A model generated the notes under the pieces. It saw only the letters and a list, made by a program, of their open reading frames with translations. It made no database searches and was not told where the DNA came from. This document shows positions 1-12,142 of a stretch of DNA of 64,000 nt, piece after piece. A program made the translations under genes and the position numbers. The DNA lies in contig JBHGNT010000011.1 of assembly GCA_043228905.1 (NCBI GenBank), forward strand, positions 3,844,001-3,908,000. The letters run 5' to 3'. The DNA comes from Azolla caroliniana. Its lineage: Eukaryota > Plantae > Polypodiophyta. Position 1 is the first letter of the stretch, and the number at the start of each line of letters is the position of its first letter.

Positions 1-710
1 TAGGATAAAATTCAATGATTGTACCATTTGTCGTTGCTTGACTAACCGATAGCAAATGTTTGGTGATGCCCGGGACATAGAGAACTTCATTGATTGTGAA
101 ATGTCTTCCTCCTGTGACTTCAAAAGTAATATCACCCTTGCCAATAGCTTGTTTAGTCCCATTATTTCCAAATCATTGTAATTAACAAGCGCTTGGAGTG
201 TATGCGCTTGTTGGGTGTCATTTTTCGGTTCGTCGATAGTTTGTAAGTGCTTCCACATGGCTTGAGCCATCTCCATGTTCCGCAATGTTTCTCCAGTGCC
301 ATCACTTACGTGCATTAGAATTTCCATTCTTGCACACAAGTCCTTTTCTTCAAATTCTTCAAGTTCGTCGCCTTTTTCAAGTTTTGTTGACGATCCTGAA
401 ATTATGTCCCATACTTTATTATATTTAAAAAGTAATTCTAATCTTTCCTTCCAAATTGATCATGTGTCTGATAATTTCTCGATCGTGAATTTTCGCATGT
501 TGAGTTGCGACAACGACATAGATTGTGCCATTATTGCAGAGGACTGTCCAGATCAACGCACGGCAAACACAAAATTGTCGTTTGTTATTTGACGATCTTG
601 GACACTATGAATATAATTATTTTTGTATGGGCATGAAAGATAAATTATGGTAAGGGCAAGTGTTTTGTAATTTTAGAAAGGCATAGGCTATAAGGCTATT
701 AGGTCATTTG
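1..710 (-). mobile_element. Ty1/Copia gag-protease remnant (internally deleted; continues off the left edge)
   Basis: The reverse strand of 1-170 reads GNNGTKQAIGKGDITFEVTGGRHFTINEVLYVPGITKHLLSVSQATTNGTIIEF, closely matching the Copia protease region of ORF 2364-4052. Confidence 0.85.
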
Positions 711-722
711 GCTCTGATACCA
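711..722 (-). promoter_or_regulatory. Primer-binding site, initiator tRNA-Met (TGGTATCAGAGC)
   Basis: GCTCTGATACCA on the + strand, directly abutting the LTR terminus at 723. Confidence 0.9.
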
Positions 723-752
723 TGTTGGGAAAGAAGAGAAAGAGAGACAGAA

Positions 753-806
<54 letters not shown>

Positions 807-1856
807 ATAGAAATGTTTTATTATAGAAAAATGCCCTAAATAGTTGTATTATATAGACCACCACCAATACACTTACGGTTTCCTTCTCATGAAGGAAACC
901 GTTGTCGTGTGGCGTGTGACACACGTGTCAAACGTCGGGATGTGCGTGTCACAAATGTGGACAAGCACCGGGCCTCTATCCGCTAGAGGTTATGGAGGAT
1001 CGATGATGGGATTTCCGTGCCTACGGGTTGGTCCAACGGGACCACCGAGGTCTTTGACTAGGGGGAACAAATCGGGTGAGTTGTGCTTGCAAGGAGTTGT
1101 GTTTATCGTCGGGTCGTCCTTTATTGTCGAAGACGCACCCGAACCCGACTCAATGGTGTGGTGGATTGATGTGTAGGCGACTGAAGTGACGCACTAATGT
1201 GGTTGAGAGTGAGAAAGAGAGAAGAAAATTGAGGAAGTGTTTAAGATAGATAGATAGATAGACGAATCGAAATTCCAATTCCGGGTTTGAACCCTTGACT
1301 TCAATTTAGAGAAACAAGACACATTGCCAATAAGATAACTAAGATTTATTAATTATTATTAATTGCATACATTACTTGCTTTCCCCATAGATTGATTGAT
1401 TCCCCTCTTATATAGATGCCCCTATGCATATGTGCATGTGAGGGTGTAAGACATGCATGAAATGCATGTGATGCATGATGACCATGTACCTCATCCAAGC
1501 TCTCATGTATACGCATTCACATGTAAAATGTACTATAAAAAAAGTAAGGGAATAACCTAGTGTAATGGTATGTCAATTGCTTCCTTACTTAGAGGTGTAA
1601 GGTTCAAAACTCTACTTGTACCTCATTGTATGCCACTAGGCCCTAAGCTTATTTTTTATATTTCGTGTAATGAACACCTATACACACATCGCACGTGCAC
1701 ATTAACCATCACCCCTTTTATACATGTGCATATTGCACGTTCTCGGTTTTTCCCGTTTCACTCGACTTTCACACTGTTGCCGAAAATCTCCACGACACGG
1801 TATTCATAAGAAGTACTAACTATTAATATATTAATTTTTGATTAATATTTTCCACA
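723..1856 (-). repeat. 5' LTR of the left-edge Copia, split by a solo LTR at 903-1797
   Basis: Termini TGTTGGG (723) and TTTCCACA (1856). The minus-strand start TGTGGAAAATATTAATC resembles the Copia LTR start at 15033 (TGTGGAAATATTTAATC). Confidence 0.7.
903..1797 (-). mobile_element. Solo LTR of the TGTCGTG...CACGACA (Trp-PBS Gypsy) family
   Basis: Perfect 7-bp terminal inverted repeat TGTCGTG/CACGACA. The minus-strand start TGTCGTGGAGATTTTCG matches the LTR start at 24321. Flanks are CCGT/CGGT (4-bp TSD, 1 mismatch). Confidence 0.75.
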
Positions 1857-1910
1857 TCTTCTACAAGGGTCTTCTCCCAAATGGGAAAGATGTTGCACTG
1901 AACAAGCTAG
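1857..1910 (+). pseudogene. Receptor-like protein kinase fragment (subdomain I-II)
   Basis: YKGLLPNGKDVALNKL resembles the RLK motif VYKGxLPNGxxVAVKKL. It is cut on the left by the Copia LTR. Confidence 0.55.
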
Positions 1911-2068
1911 TGTTGTCTTCTGCTCTCTGCTATTTTTCTGTTCGAAAACAATTAGGTACTAGGCACTGCTCTACATGTATATTGTTATTCATCTATTTAT
2001 CCAATAGAGCAGATTGCATTGCCAATGCACTAATTCCTCCACCATCTACCATCTACTCCCCTTTCTCT

Positions 2069-2132
<64 letters not shown>

Positions 2133-2135
<3 letters not shown>

Positions 2136-2430
2136 ATCTTATGATGCCTAATGTGAAGATGTAGCCACATTGGTTCAATTTTCTGAATGCTTTAGAGCTG
2201 CTCGATTACGGGAGGCTTGCACCAAATTCATGGCACTATGTAAAAAGAGGCAAGAAGCTGGTCTGGAGATGGAAGAAATCCGACTTTCCAAACTCTCAAG
2301 TAGAGATGGCAGCTTTACCTTGGCAATGGATGGGTTGAGAGCTGGTCTAATTCTCATGCTCATGTGATCCTTGCATCAGACAATGGAATTGAAAACCTTA
2401 TTGGAAGAGGTTCATTGGATGCGTCCACAA
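2133..2430 (+). pseudogene. COP1-interacting protein 7 (CIP7)-like gene fragment
   Basis: FSECFRAARLREACTKFMALCKKRQE...ILASDNG...GSLDAST resembles, from memory, the CIP7-family motif FGAxRLREACxxFxxLCKxK...IVLAGE...GSMDAS. It is frameshifted. Confidence 0.6.
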
Positions 2431-4052
2431 AGGCACAATCCTCAACTCCTGCCAACATTCTCAACACACATAAACTTTCATTAGTAAAGTTATCAAAGCA
2501 AAATTATCGCATTTGGAGTGCTCGACTCGAATTATTATTTCAACACTACAAACTTTGGGATGTAGTGTCAGGATTATCTACAAAACCTGAACTCCCCGGG
2601 CCTGATCAAGTTATTTGGGAAGAGAAAGATCTTGTAGCAAAGATGGAATTATTAGCACATATATCAAATGTTCAAGGAGAAGTAGTTAGAAAGTTACAAA
2701 CTTCGCATCAAATTTGGGAGAAATTAAAGACACAATACGAACCAAAGACGGATGTAGCACAAGTGCACACACTACGTGCATATGTCACATTTACAATGAA
2801 AGAAGAAGAAGATGTAGATAATTTTCTAATAACTTGGGAAAAGAAATTGGATGATACAATTACATCTGGCTTGGACATTTCCGACAAACTACAAAGATGT
2901 TTATTATTAGGTGCTTTACCCTCTTCTTGGTCATCTTTTGTGACTACACAAAATTTAAATAAACAAGCTACTGTGGAAGATCTCATGGGAGACATAAGGC
3001 AAGAAGACTCAATGAGAAAGACAAGAGAAGAAAACACATCAACACAAGCAATCGCTATGGCAGCCTATCGACCTCATCTCAAATCACAACCAAGATATAA
3101 GAGTTTCAAGAGTCAATGGACTAATGCACCTATGACGAAAGGAGGAATGAAGTTCACTAGGTCTTATTGCAACATTTGCAAAAGACCAGGCCACGCACCA
3201 CAAGAATGTGAGGCAAAACATAAGATTCGGAGATTTCCAAGCAACATTCGTCGACCACAAGTGCACATTGTCAAAGAATTCGAGGAAGAGAGAAATGAAG
3301 AAGAAGAAGAAGAAGAAGAAGAAGAAGAAGAGGTTTATGCCGCCTCGATGGAAGAAAAGGATGAATATGAAGAAGAAGGTTACAGTGACTTGATGCAAGC
3401 TTTCATGGCTGAAGCACTTGTTGCAGACATACCAACAAAGAAGGATGACAAATGGTATCTCGACACCGGAGCAACAAATCATCTCACACATCGATCGAAT
3501 TGGCTTCAAAGGTACACACCCCTACAAAATTCAATAACTGTTAGAATTGGAAATAATGGAGTAAAACAAGAATTAGGCAAAGGCCAACTTACTTTTCATC
3601 TCCCCGGAGTAGAAAACTTCACCATAAATGATGCGTACCACGTGCCCGGTATCACCAAGAACCTCCTTTCGATAAGTCAAGCAACTTCGAATGGAACCAT
3701 CATCGAGTTCCATCATAACCAAGCCGTGATTCGTCATCTTCTACCAAATGGTCTCACCACACGAACTTCCTGCAAAAGACAAGGAGGGTTATATCCAATT
3801 AGTGTACATCCAACAACCCAATCAACAATCGAAGTTCACACAACCGAAATCGAAAGACAACAGGAACTCACTTTACTTTGGCATTACCAACTTGGACATC
3901 CACACCTTGCTGCTATGCGAACACTCCAAACTCACAAGCTCGCTCAAGGAGTCCCAAAGGATATGTTTTGCAAAATCGACTTATGTGAGGTGTGCTTGTT
4001 CGGCAAAATGGCATCATCAAAGTTTCCTACAAGTAATTCACGAAGAAGTTGA
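2364..4052 (+). CDS. gag: Copia Gag-protease-GAG-pre-integrase ORF with a host-derived N-terminus
   Basis: 562-aa ORF with the gag motif KLSKQNYRIWS, a zinc knuckle, a poly-Glu tract, DTGA protease and the LWHYQLGH zinc finger; ends at a premature stop. Confidence 0.85.
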   Translation: MILASDNGIENLIGRGSLDASTKAQSSTPANILNTHKLSLVKLSKQNYRIWSARLELLFQHYKLWDVVSGLSTKPELPGPDQVIWEEKDLVAKMELLAHISNVQGEVVRKLQTSHQIWEKLKTQYEPKTDVAQVHTLRAYVTFTMKEEEDVDNFLITWEKKLDDTITSGLDISDKLQRCLLLGALPSSWSSFVTTQNLNKQATVEDLMGDIRQEDSMRKTREENTSTQAIAMAAYRPHLKSQPRYKSFKSQWTNAPMTKGGMKFTRSYCNICKRPGHAPQECEAKHKIRRFPSNIRRPQVHIVKEFEEERNEEEEEEEEEEEEVYAASMEEKDEYEEEGYSDLMQAFMAEALVADIPTKKDDKWYLDTGATNHLTHRSNWLQRYTPLQNSITVRIGNNGVKQELGKGQLTFHLPGVENFTINDAYHVPGITKNLLSISQATSNGTIIEFHHNQAVIRHLLPNGLTTRTSCKRQGGLYPISVHPTTQSTIEVHTTEIERQQELTLLWHYQLGHPHLAAMRTLQTHKLAQGVPKDMFCKIDLCEVCLFGKMASSKFPTSNSRRS

Positions 4053-7000
4053 CCTCTTGAACTCGTCCATAGTGACATATGCGGTCCATTCCCAATTCAA
4101 TCACTTTTAAAATCAAAATCTTTCATTAGTTTCATCGATGATTATAGAAGGTTTACAATACTAACATTTCTCAAAAGCAAAGACCAAGCGTTCATTGCTT
4201 TTACAAATTACAAATCACTAACAGAAAAGCAATTAAATCTACAATTGAAATGTCTACAATTTTACGAGGGGGGAGAATATACATCTAACAAGTTTACAAA
4301 ATTTTGTAAAGACCATGGAATTTTACAACGAATTTTTGTTCCTTCAACACCACAACAAAATGGTCTAGCCGAACGCAAGAATCAAACACTCCTTAATTCG
4401 GCCCGGAGCATGTTGAATCTAGCGTCACTTTTACCCTCATTTTGGGAAGAAGCCGTCGCAACAACATGTTATCTCCAAAATCGTAACTATCATCGAATAC
4501 TTGGGTTAATCGCACCATACGAGTTATGGTTTGGAGTAAAACCAAATATGCAAGATCTTAAAAATTTTGGTTGCCTTGCATACGCCTTCGTTCCTACTGA
4601 AAAACGATCCAAGTTAGAACAACGAGCAAGAAAAGCGATCTTTGTTGGGTACAGAGATGCAAACGGCTACAAGGCTTACCATTTATTCGATCCAACCAAG
4701 AACATGTTCTTTTATAGTCGTACTGTTAAATTTGATGAGTCACCATTTTTTGAATCCACGACACCAACGCATAACCCTAAAAATAATACTCATGAAGGAG
4801 CCAAACAGTTAAAAGATGATGCCACCACCATTCGCCGAACTCATAATAATGTTGGTGTTGATGTACGCCGCCCTGCAAACAACGCCGCCACCACCATGCC
4901 ATCCACATCTGCCGTCAAAAGGATATCGCGGTTGCAGACTATCGCCACCTCCCAACCAACACTACCGCCATTAACTTTTGCCACCATAAGGACAACACCA
5001 CTTCTGAGTTCTGCCACCTCCCAACCAGCACTGCCGCCGCCGTCGCCACCTCCTCCCGCCAACAGAACATGTTTGTTGCTAACGACCGCCGCCTCCCAAA
5101 CAACACCGCTGCCATCAACTTCTGCCGCCATCAGGACAACGTCACTACTGAGTTCCGCCGCCTCCCAAATAGCACTGCCGTCGATGCCGCCTTTTGCCAC
5201 CAACACAACAACATTGGTGATGATAATCACCGCTGTTACGGGCATGGCCATATAATATCCCGTGGTGAGAATTTACTGTATTATTCTATACACGTGGATA
5301 AATGTGAGGGTTAAACGAGAGTGTAAAGAAGGGGAGGATTACTTTTAAATCCTCGGGATTGAAACAACCCATTAGGCCAAGTGTGAACATGGCTAGGGGC
5401 CTTGGGTATCGCTATAAATAGAGGCCTAGCTACCCTCATTTCATTATCTTGTTGACTACGTCGAGACTCTGTCTTGTGGTGGGTCAACTCTTGTAGCGAG
5501 CACGCCAACACCAGGTACGACTCGACGCCATGGCGGTGGTATGGGACGCCGATCGAGGCTCGAGTCCGTCTCGATCCCTTCGCTCGGGGGTGGTCGGGTG
5601 GATCGGCACCCTTCTTTCTCTCTCTCCTTTCTTTCTATCTGCCTAGATCTATCCTTATCTAATGCTTACTTTAGTACATGTCTCTAATATTTGGTGTCCG
5701 AGCCTTTGTACTAATGTTTCTTTTGTTGGTCTTATCTTCTCGATGGATGGCAATTGATCGTTGTGCGGTTGGCCTTCATGCAGACAAGGATCAACAAGGA
5801 ACTTCGGTAATCTTTCTTGTTATTTTTGGTCTATTTTTTCTTCTCCCATCTAATCATGTGTATGGTTAATATGTAAATTATTTTCATTAATTAAATGATG
5901 TTGTAGTGGTATTTAATTGGTTATCTACAACGCTTACATATGTGCACGAGGTCAATACCTCGTTTGACATATAAATAATATGTGATGAGTGTTGTATGCG
6001 TACGAGGTTAATACCTCAGTTACGTATTACGTTCACGAACATATGTTACGTTTGCGTATGAGGTCAACACCTCGATTTTGTTGTAAATGATATGCGTTTC
6101 GTCTTGTATGCGTAAGATGTCAATACCTCAATTGCGTATTACGTTGAACCCTTATTTTTGGATGTCTAGTGTCCGTAGAGGTATATGCCTTGATTATGTA
6201 TCTCGATTACGTCATTTTTGGCTATTGAATATAACGATTTCTTTAATATAGGCATATGTGGTCATGTGTATACATAGTTGATCGTATATATGTGATAATA
6301 TACATATGTGTATATAAGTTATTACGTGATTTTAAATCTAATGTTTTCCTTTTCGGGGAAAGGATCTTGGTGGCCGTTCTCACATTTTTGTGAGAATAAC
6401 GTTGTCACCATCCCTTTTTTCAACAATTTTTTATTGTTGAAATCCCCGTTGGTGACTTTGATATTTCATTACGTAAAGAAATGCTATAGCCATAATGATT
6501 TTGAGTACGTAGGGCTTGACCTACTTCATGTGAGGTCGCTCTTATGACACACGTATCCAACATCCCTCCCTCATTACATGGATACGATGCCACCATGAGA
6601 TCATTCTTACGAGAGGCATTCGTAATGACGTGACCATGTGATGGGCCACGTGGGCATACTACGAAAAGAGGGCTCATTTGGCTTGACCATTAGGTTGCAC
6701 TTTGGCGTACGCCATCGTAATTACGAGACTTGAGGTTAGGTAACATACCAACATAGTTGTAGTAAATGAGGGCGAAATAAGGACTCTTGACATATATGTT
6801 TCTTTTAAAAAAACATATATGGGCAAATGCCTCGCATATCTCTTATACGCATGAAACATTAAACATTCAAGAAGAGCAACCTACTTGGTTGGCTCAAGTG
6901 TTTAATATATTTGTTCTCGAGGTCTCGAGTTCAAATATGATCAAGACCATACAACATCGTTGATACATATGATTATAACACATGTTTAGACTTGAGGTCT

Positions 7001-8183
7001 AAGTGCACTTCGGGGTCCTCGTAATAGGACTTAAAGAGCCGAAACCACATATGTGGGCACCGAAACATAGTTTATTGTTAACATTTTTTTGGTGTATAAA
7101 CTATTCATGACGCGAACATACATGGTTGAGCCTCGGGGAGCCACCATGAAAAAATCGATATAGAGATCAAGGAAAGACATTTATTTGTCACCCCCATGGT
7201 TTTTAAAACACCTTTGTGTTACCATAGTAACTTGATCTTGAACTTCATCTCATACGTCTAGAGGGGTATTGACGTGAGATAATGATATTGATTAATGCTC
7301 GCCCATGATAGGTTTACATCATGACAAAATTTGGCCTTAGAAGACGTTAATATATCTTTCTTTCTTTCTTTCTTTCTCTCTTTCTCTGACCTTATCCTAT
7401 TTCTTTTCCAGAAATAATCATTTAACGGCTCAAAATAATGACCCGATGTCATCTGCTCAAGCGGAAGGAAGTCAAGGGAATCCTCCTGGACAAATGTCCA
7501 TTGAGATGTATTTTTCGCAAATAACCCAATACCTTAGTTTCACCGCTCAACAAATGACCGAACTTCGGCAATCTCAAAGTGCTCTCGAGGCACGTGTCAT
7601 TAGTCTACAACGTGAGACTAATAGACCTGATGAGCGACAGGGTGAACCATCGTTTGTCGTTAAGCCATTTACGGGAGACAAAAAGGAAAGAACCGAAGAA
7701 GCAATCTGCACGTGGCTGGGCCGATGGGAGTCTCATTTTGAGCTCTATCCCACGCCAGATAGTACGAAGATTGCATATGTCAGCCGAGAACTAGGGGGTA
7801 AGGCCGCCGCCTGGTGGCGTGGGCTCCGTACTTTGGGGAAATTGCCCGATACCTGGATAGATTTTGTCACAGTTTTCAAGCTTAGGGCCAATTTCTGCAA
7901 CCTCCCTCTCGAACCGAGGCAACACAAGCTTTGATGAACCTCTCTAGCAGGAAGTTTTCCTCACTAGAAGACTATGTCCACCATGCTAGAACCCAAATCC
8001 AAAAATCGGGTCTAGAAGGGGACAATTGGTTAATAGCTTGTTTTGTCAATGGCATCCCCAATTCGGACTATCACTGGATAGTGCACGATAAGGATCCAAA
8101 ATCCTTCGAAGAGTGTTGTCCGCCGAAATAGTAACCGACGGACAAGAGCATAGGAATAAGAAATAATATAAGATCATAACGCA

Positions 8184-11100
8184 TGTAACGGTTCACGCAG
8201 GAAGCGTGAACAGCTAGATAGACCTTGCCTGCGTATATAAAGGGTAGAAAACCTCTATCAGAGGGTGCGTGTAATTTCGGGAATGTAAAGAAACGTATCA
8301 TAATAGAATTCCATCTTCTCTGAAAGTCTATGTATAGCTATGTCTAATCCACTGTGTGTCTGGAATACCTGAGCGTGTAAGAACGTAAGTGTAACCCTTG
8401 CTAAGGAGTCGGTTGTAGCCGTCTCCCTTATACGCTGATAGGTTATAGGGAACCTTCCCCAACGCATTACACATAGACGCCTATTCGTTGTTCCACAACC
8501 ACTTGGAGGTCTAGGTCGAAGGATTGACCGCGGACCGTGTTCCTAATCGACAACACTTTTGGCACGCTTGGTGATTTGTGTCTTCTCACAGACGAGCAAC
8601 GACGAATGGATGTTTAGGCACAGACGCCCCAGAGAACCAACACGACAAGCCCGGCCAATAACAAGGTTCGTCACACGCCAGGCAGAAGAACGCCTGCCGT
8701 GATTACAAAGGTGATTCTTCGCTCTCCAAATACCTCGACGAGACTCGGGAACTACGCTCACCACAGCCACCTTGTGGTCTTTCCCGACCCACCGTAGCCC
8801 CCAACATGGCCTTTGCCTACCCCCGCTTTAACGGCGAAACCGACGCCGCAACTCATATTCGCATGTTCCTTAATGTCTACAATGTGAACCACATGGTGTA
8901 GAGCCTTTCGGAGGCAGTAGCGCACCAGTTGAAAATGACGGAGTTCGGGTTAACATTGGATGGGCGAGCGGCGTTTTGGCATTCCTAGATGGATTTACCA
9001 GCAATAACAACCTTCGAGCAGCTGCAATCCGCTTTCTTGCGGTTCTTCCATCGGAGGGTTCCACAACGCGAAATCCTCGGATAGTTCTATACGATTAAGC
9101 AATTGCCGACTGAGACGATAGCAGACTTCAGCTTACGTTTCCAAAATTTATGGTGGAAACTAGAACGGAGCCTCGCGGAGGACGAGGCTCGAGAAACATT
9201 TTTAGCAGCATTACGCCGACCCATCCAGGCAATGCTCAACAACAATAGCGTGAAAGGGGAAACGACAGATATGGTCATTGAATGAGCATTACAGCTCGAG
9301 TTGGACGAGGAGGAGGAAAGGTTTTCTATGTCCTCCTTACGACAAGCGTTACCCCAACACGAGGAACGCTAGTTTCGTCAAGCAATCCATTGCATGATTT
9401 GCTTGAACTCGGGGCATTCCGCAGTGGAGTGCAATATGCGCATCCACTGCCCAATCTGCCACTCGAAGGCTCACACAGTCGACCAATGCGAATACAATAT
9501 GTTGAACAGAGCCACTCTCGTAGTCCGCAGCATGGACACCCAGCGTCCACCACACCGGACTGAACAAAGGAGGCAAGAAGACCGACCACGGTATAGGGAT
9601 CGCAACCCACGGGATGACCGGCACCATCGGAATCGCCGGAATCGCCGAAATCACAATGATTCCGTGGAGGACGAACCAGAGGACGAGGATTATCATGGAC
9701 ATCCGAGTTATGCTAAAGGGGGTCAGTGCTACGAGAATCACCGGCTGACAAACAAATGGGGCGGCTTCAATGGTTATCGTGGTAAGCCACGACAATATTG
9801 ATATCACCGACGTTACGACAAAAGCTCGGGAGATGAGCGACACCAGGAACAACGACGGGACCAACAGTAACCACCGCATACGTTCCGACAAACGAGGCCG
9901 AACCACGAGGAGCAAGTAGCACCAAGGGAGCGACACACACCACCAGGAGCCGAGAAAGGGGAATCAAGCATCCATTGTTTTATTTGTCAGCAGCCCAGAC
10001 ATTATGCCATGCAATGCCCAACATACAAGGGAAAGGGGCCCGCTGTCAATACAATTATGGCGGAAGTGCAGCAAGTCACGACACGCCAGCAAACAAAAAC
10101 GGTTGATTGGGCTGCGCAAGACGAGATACGCCGACAAGCCCAAGCATGGGTGGAAAAAGCAAATGCGACAAATACGGAACGCATGCGGAAGGAGTCTGCG
10201 AACACAATGGAGCGAGCAGAGGACGAAAGACCGGTCCCAGACCCCATTTGGTAGGCGTTAGCGGGCAGTGAGATAACGTTAAATATGGAGAAACTACTGC
10301 AACTAGTCCCATGCTTCCGCCAAACCATGGAAGAACGGGTGATAGGCATTCTCGGGGTGAGTGTCGCTACAAACCTTACAGATGTTAGCGATGGACCGCC
10401 GGTAGTGGATCAACACAACCCGGCTATTACAGTAATATTACACGGACCGGAAATTCCTGGATGCGTAATCGACGGCAGCTCGGGTGTCAATGTAATTAGC
10501 GCGAAAACTTGGGAGCAGTTAGGCATTTTAGAATGGGAGGCTTGCCCATTCTGGCTCCGAATGGCAGATACCCGCTTAGTACGACCATTGGGGTTAATTC
10601 GCAAAATAGGCATTATCGTGGGCGGAGACCGCTTCGACATCTCGGTGGTCGTCCTCACTTTGGATGCCCCAGGGGCGTACCCACCCAATGCTTCTGGGCA
10701 GACCATGGCTTTGGGCAGCAAATATCAAGCAGAGCTGGCAACACAAGTGTATCAGTTTACGACATGGATGCACCAAGGTTCGTGTGCCTACGGAAGGAAG
10801 CACGCCACAACCCAAGGGTATAACACCATTATACGCAGAAGATATAAATATGTTGGCTAGGGTGGAGGATGCAGAATTAGAGGCATACTTAGATGAGCAC
10901 CCACGAATCATTCCGCTGTTCGAAATCGACGTCATCGCAACCGCGATAGGATATGCCACGGCCACTGTGCTCCACGACGAGGCTTACGAACCAAACCTAG
11001 AGTCCATATTGGAACTCAGTAGAGCACGAGCGGCATTCGAAAGGGAAATGGAGATTTCACGAGTCACCACTTCCGCCCTGGAAGAAGTAAATGTGGGTAC

Positions 11101-11263
11101 GGAATCGGAGCCCCGTTTCCTCTCCATTGCAAAGGAATTAAGGCCGGATCAGCGAAACACGATGATCGCACTACTCACGGAATATAAGGATGTGTTCGCT
11201 TGGGCTCACGAGGACATGAAGGGGTTAGATCCCAAGTTCTATCAGCATAAGATCAATTTAGCA
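8184..11263 (+). mobile_element. Tat/Ogre-like Gypsy 5' half nested in the chromovirus
   Basis: Putative LTR 8184-8555 (TGTAAC...CAACA, TATATAAA near 8235); PBS-like TGGCACGC at 8560; gag with tandem CCHC motifs; protease (IDGSSGVN); pre-RT motif EYKDVFAWAHEDMKGLDPKFYQHKI. Confidence 0.75.
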
Positions 11264-11380
11264 ACTAGTGGCTTCTGGACGCAAGACTTTAAGAAGTTAG
11301 AAACTACGTTGAGCATGAACTCCACGGATCATCCTCAATCCAATGGACAAACAAAACGAGTAAATCAAATTATTTAGGAC

Positions 11381-12142
11381 ATGCTTCGAGCATATGTTGG
11401 TATAAAACCAACAAAATGGGAACGTTATCTCCCAATTTTGGAGTTTGCTTATAACAGCTCCAAGCATACATCGACGGGATATAGTCCTTTTATGTTGATG
11501 TATGGTTTTCAGCCACGAGCCCCGATTGATGTTAATATACATCATGATGAGTTGCGAAGTACGCAAAACTTTCTTCGGGATATGCAAGATATGTTGCATA
11601 TTGCACGAGATAATATAAAAATAGCTCAAGATAGAGCCCATTTTTATGTCGATCATCATAGGCAACCTCGTATATTCAACCCTGGGCAAAAGGTATTTTT
11701 ACATGTACCTCACAATTCTAAGACATTGTCTACGGGTAAGTGCGCTAAGTTAGCCCCACGGTTTTGTGGACCTTTTACAGTCCTCAAATGCATTGGGTCA
11801 TCAGCCTATCGTCTCGCTCTTCCCGATGGTGTTGGAATTCATCCAGTCTTTCATGCGAGTCGTCTAAAAGAACTTCTAGGTTTTGGCGACAGTACAGTTA
11901 CAATTGAAACTCTGGTTACTTCTAAAGAATTATCTTCTAAACCACATGTACTAGAAAGAATTCTCGATGTTAAAACAAAAAAATTACGTACTAAAGAAAT
12001 CCGAGAATTTAAAATAAAATGGATGGATAAATCAATAAAAGATGCCACTTGGGAACGCGAAAATACTCTCAGAACTAACTTCCCTAACTTTCCATTGCAA
12101 GAGTGCAATGTTTTAAAGAGGGGGAGTATGTTACGGGCATGA
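11381..12142 (+). pseudogene. pol: Chromovirus integrase C-terminus with chromodomain
   Basis: EFAYNSS, KLAPRFCGPF, HPVFHAS and IKWMDKSIKDATWE motifs; the ORF runs through the PPT into the 3' LTR. Confidence 0.9.

Noticed and set aside
875-902. Perfect 12-bp hairpin ACGGTTTCCTTC-TCAT-GAAGGAAACCGT as a terminator or Helitron end
   Set aside because: Lies within a Copia LTR, with no U-tract or downstream CTRR end.
4880-5233. Mucin-like Thr/Pro/Ala repeats
   Set aside because: Ordinary low-complexity Copia integrase-RT linker.
5939-6191. CRISPR-like repeat-spacer array
   Set aside because: Eukaryotic retroelement context, no cas genes, degenerate repeats, and alternate spacers are homologous, so it is a dimeric tandem repeat.
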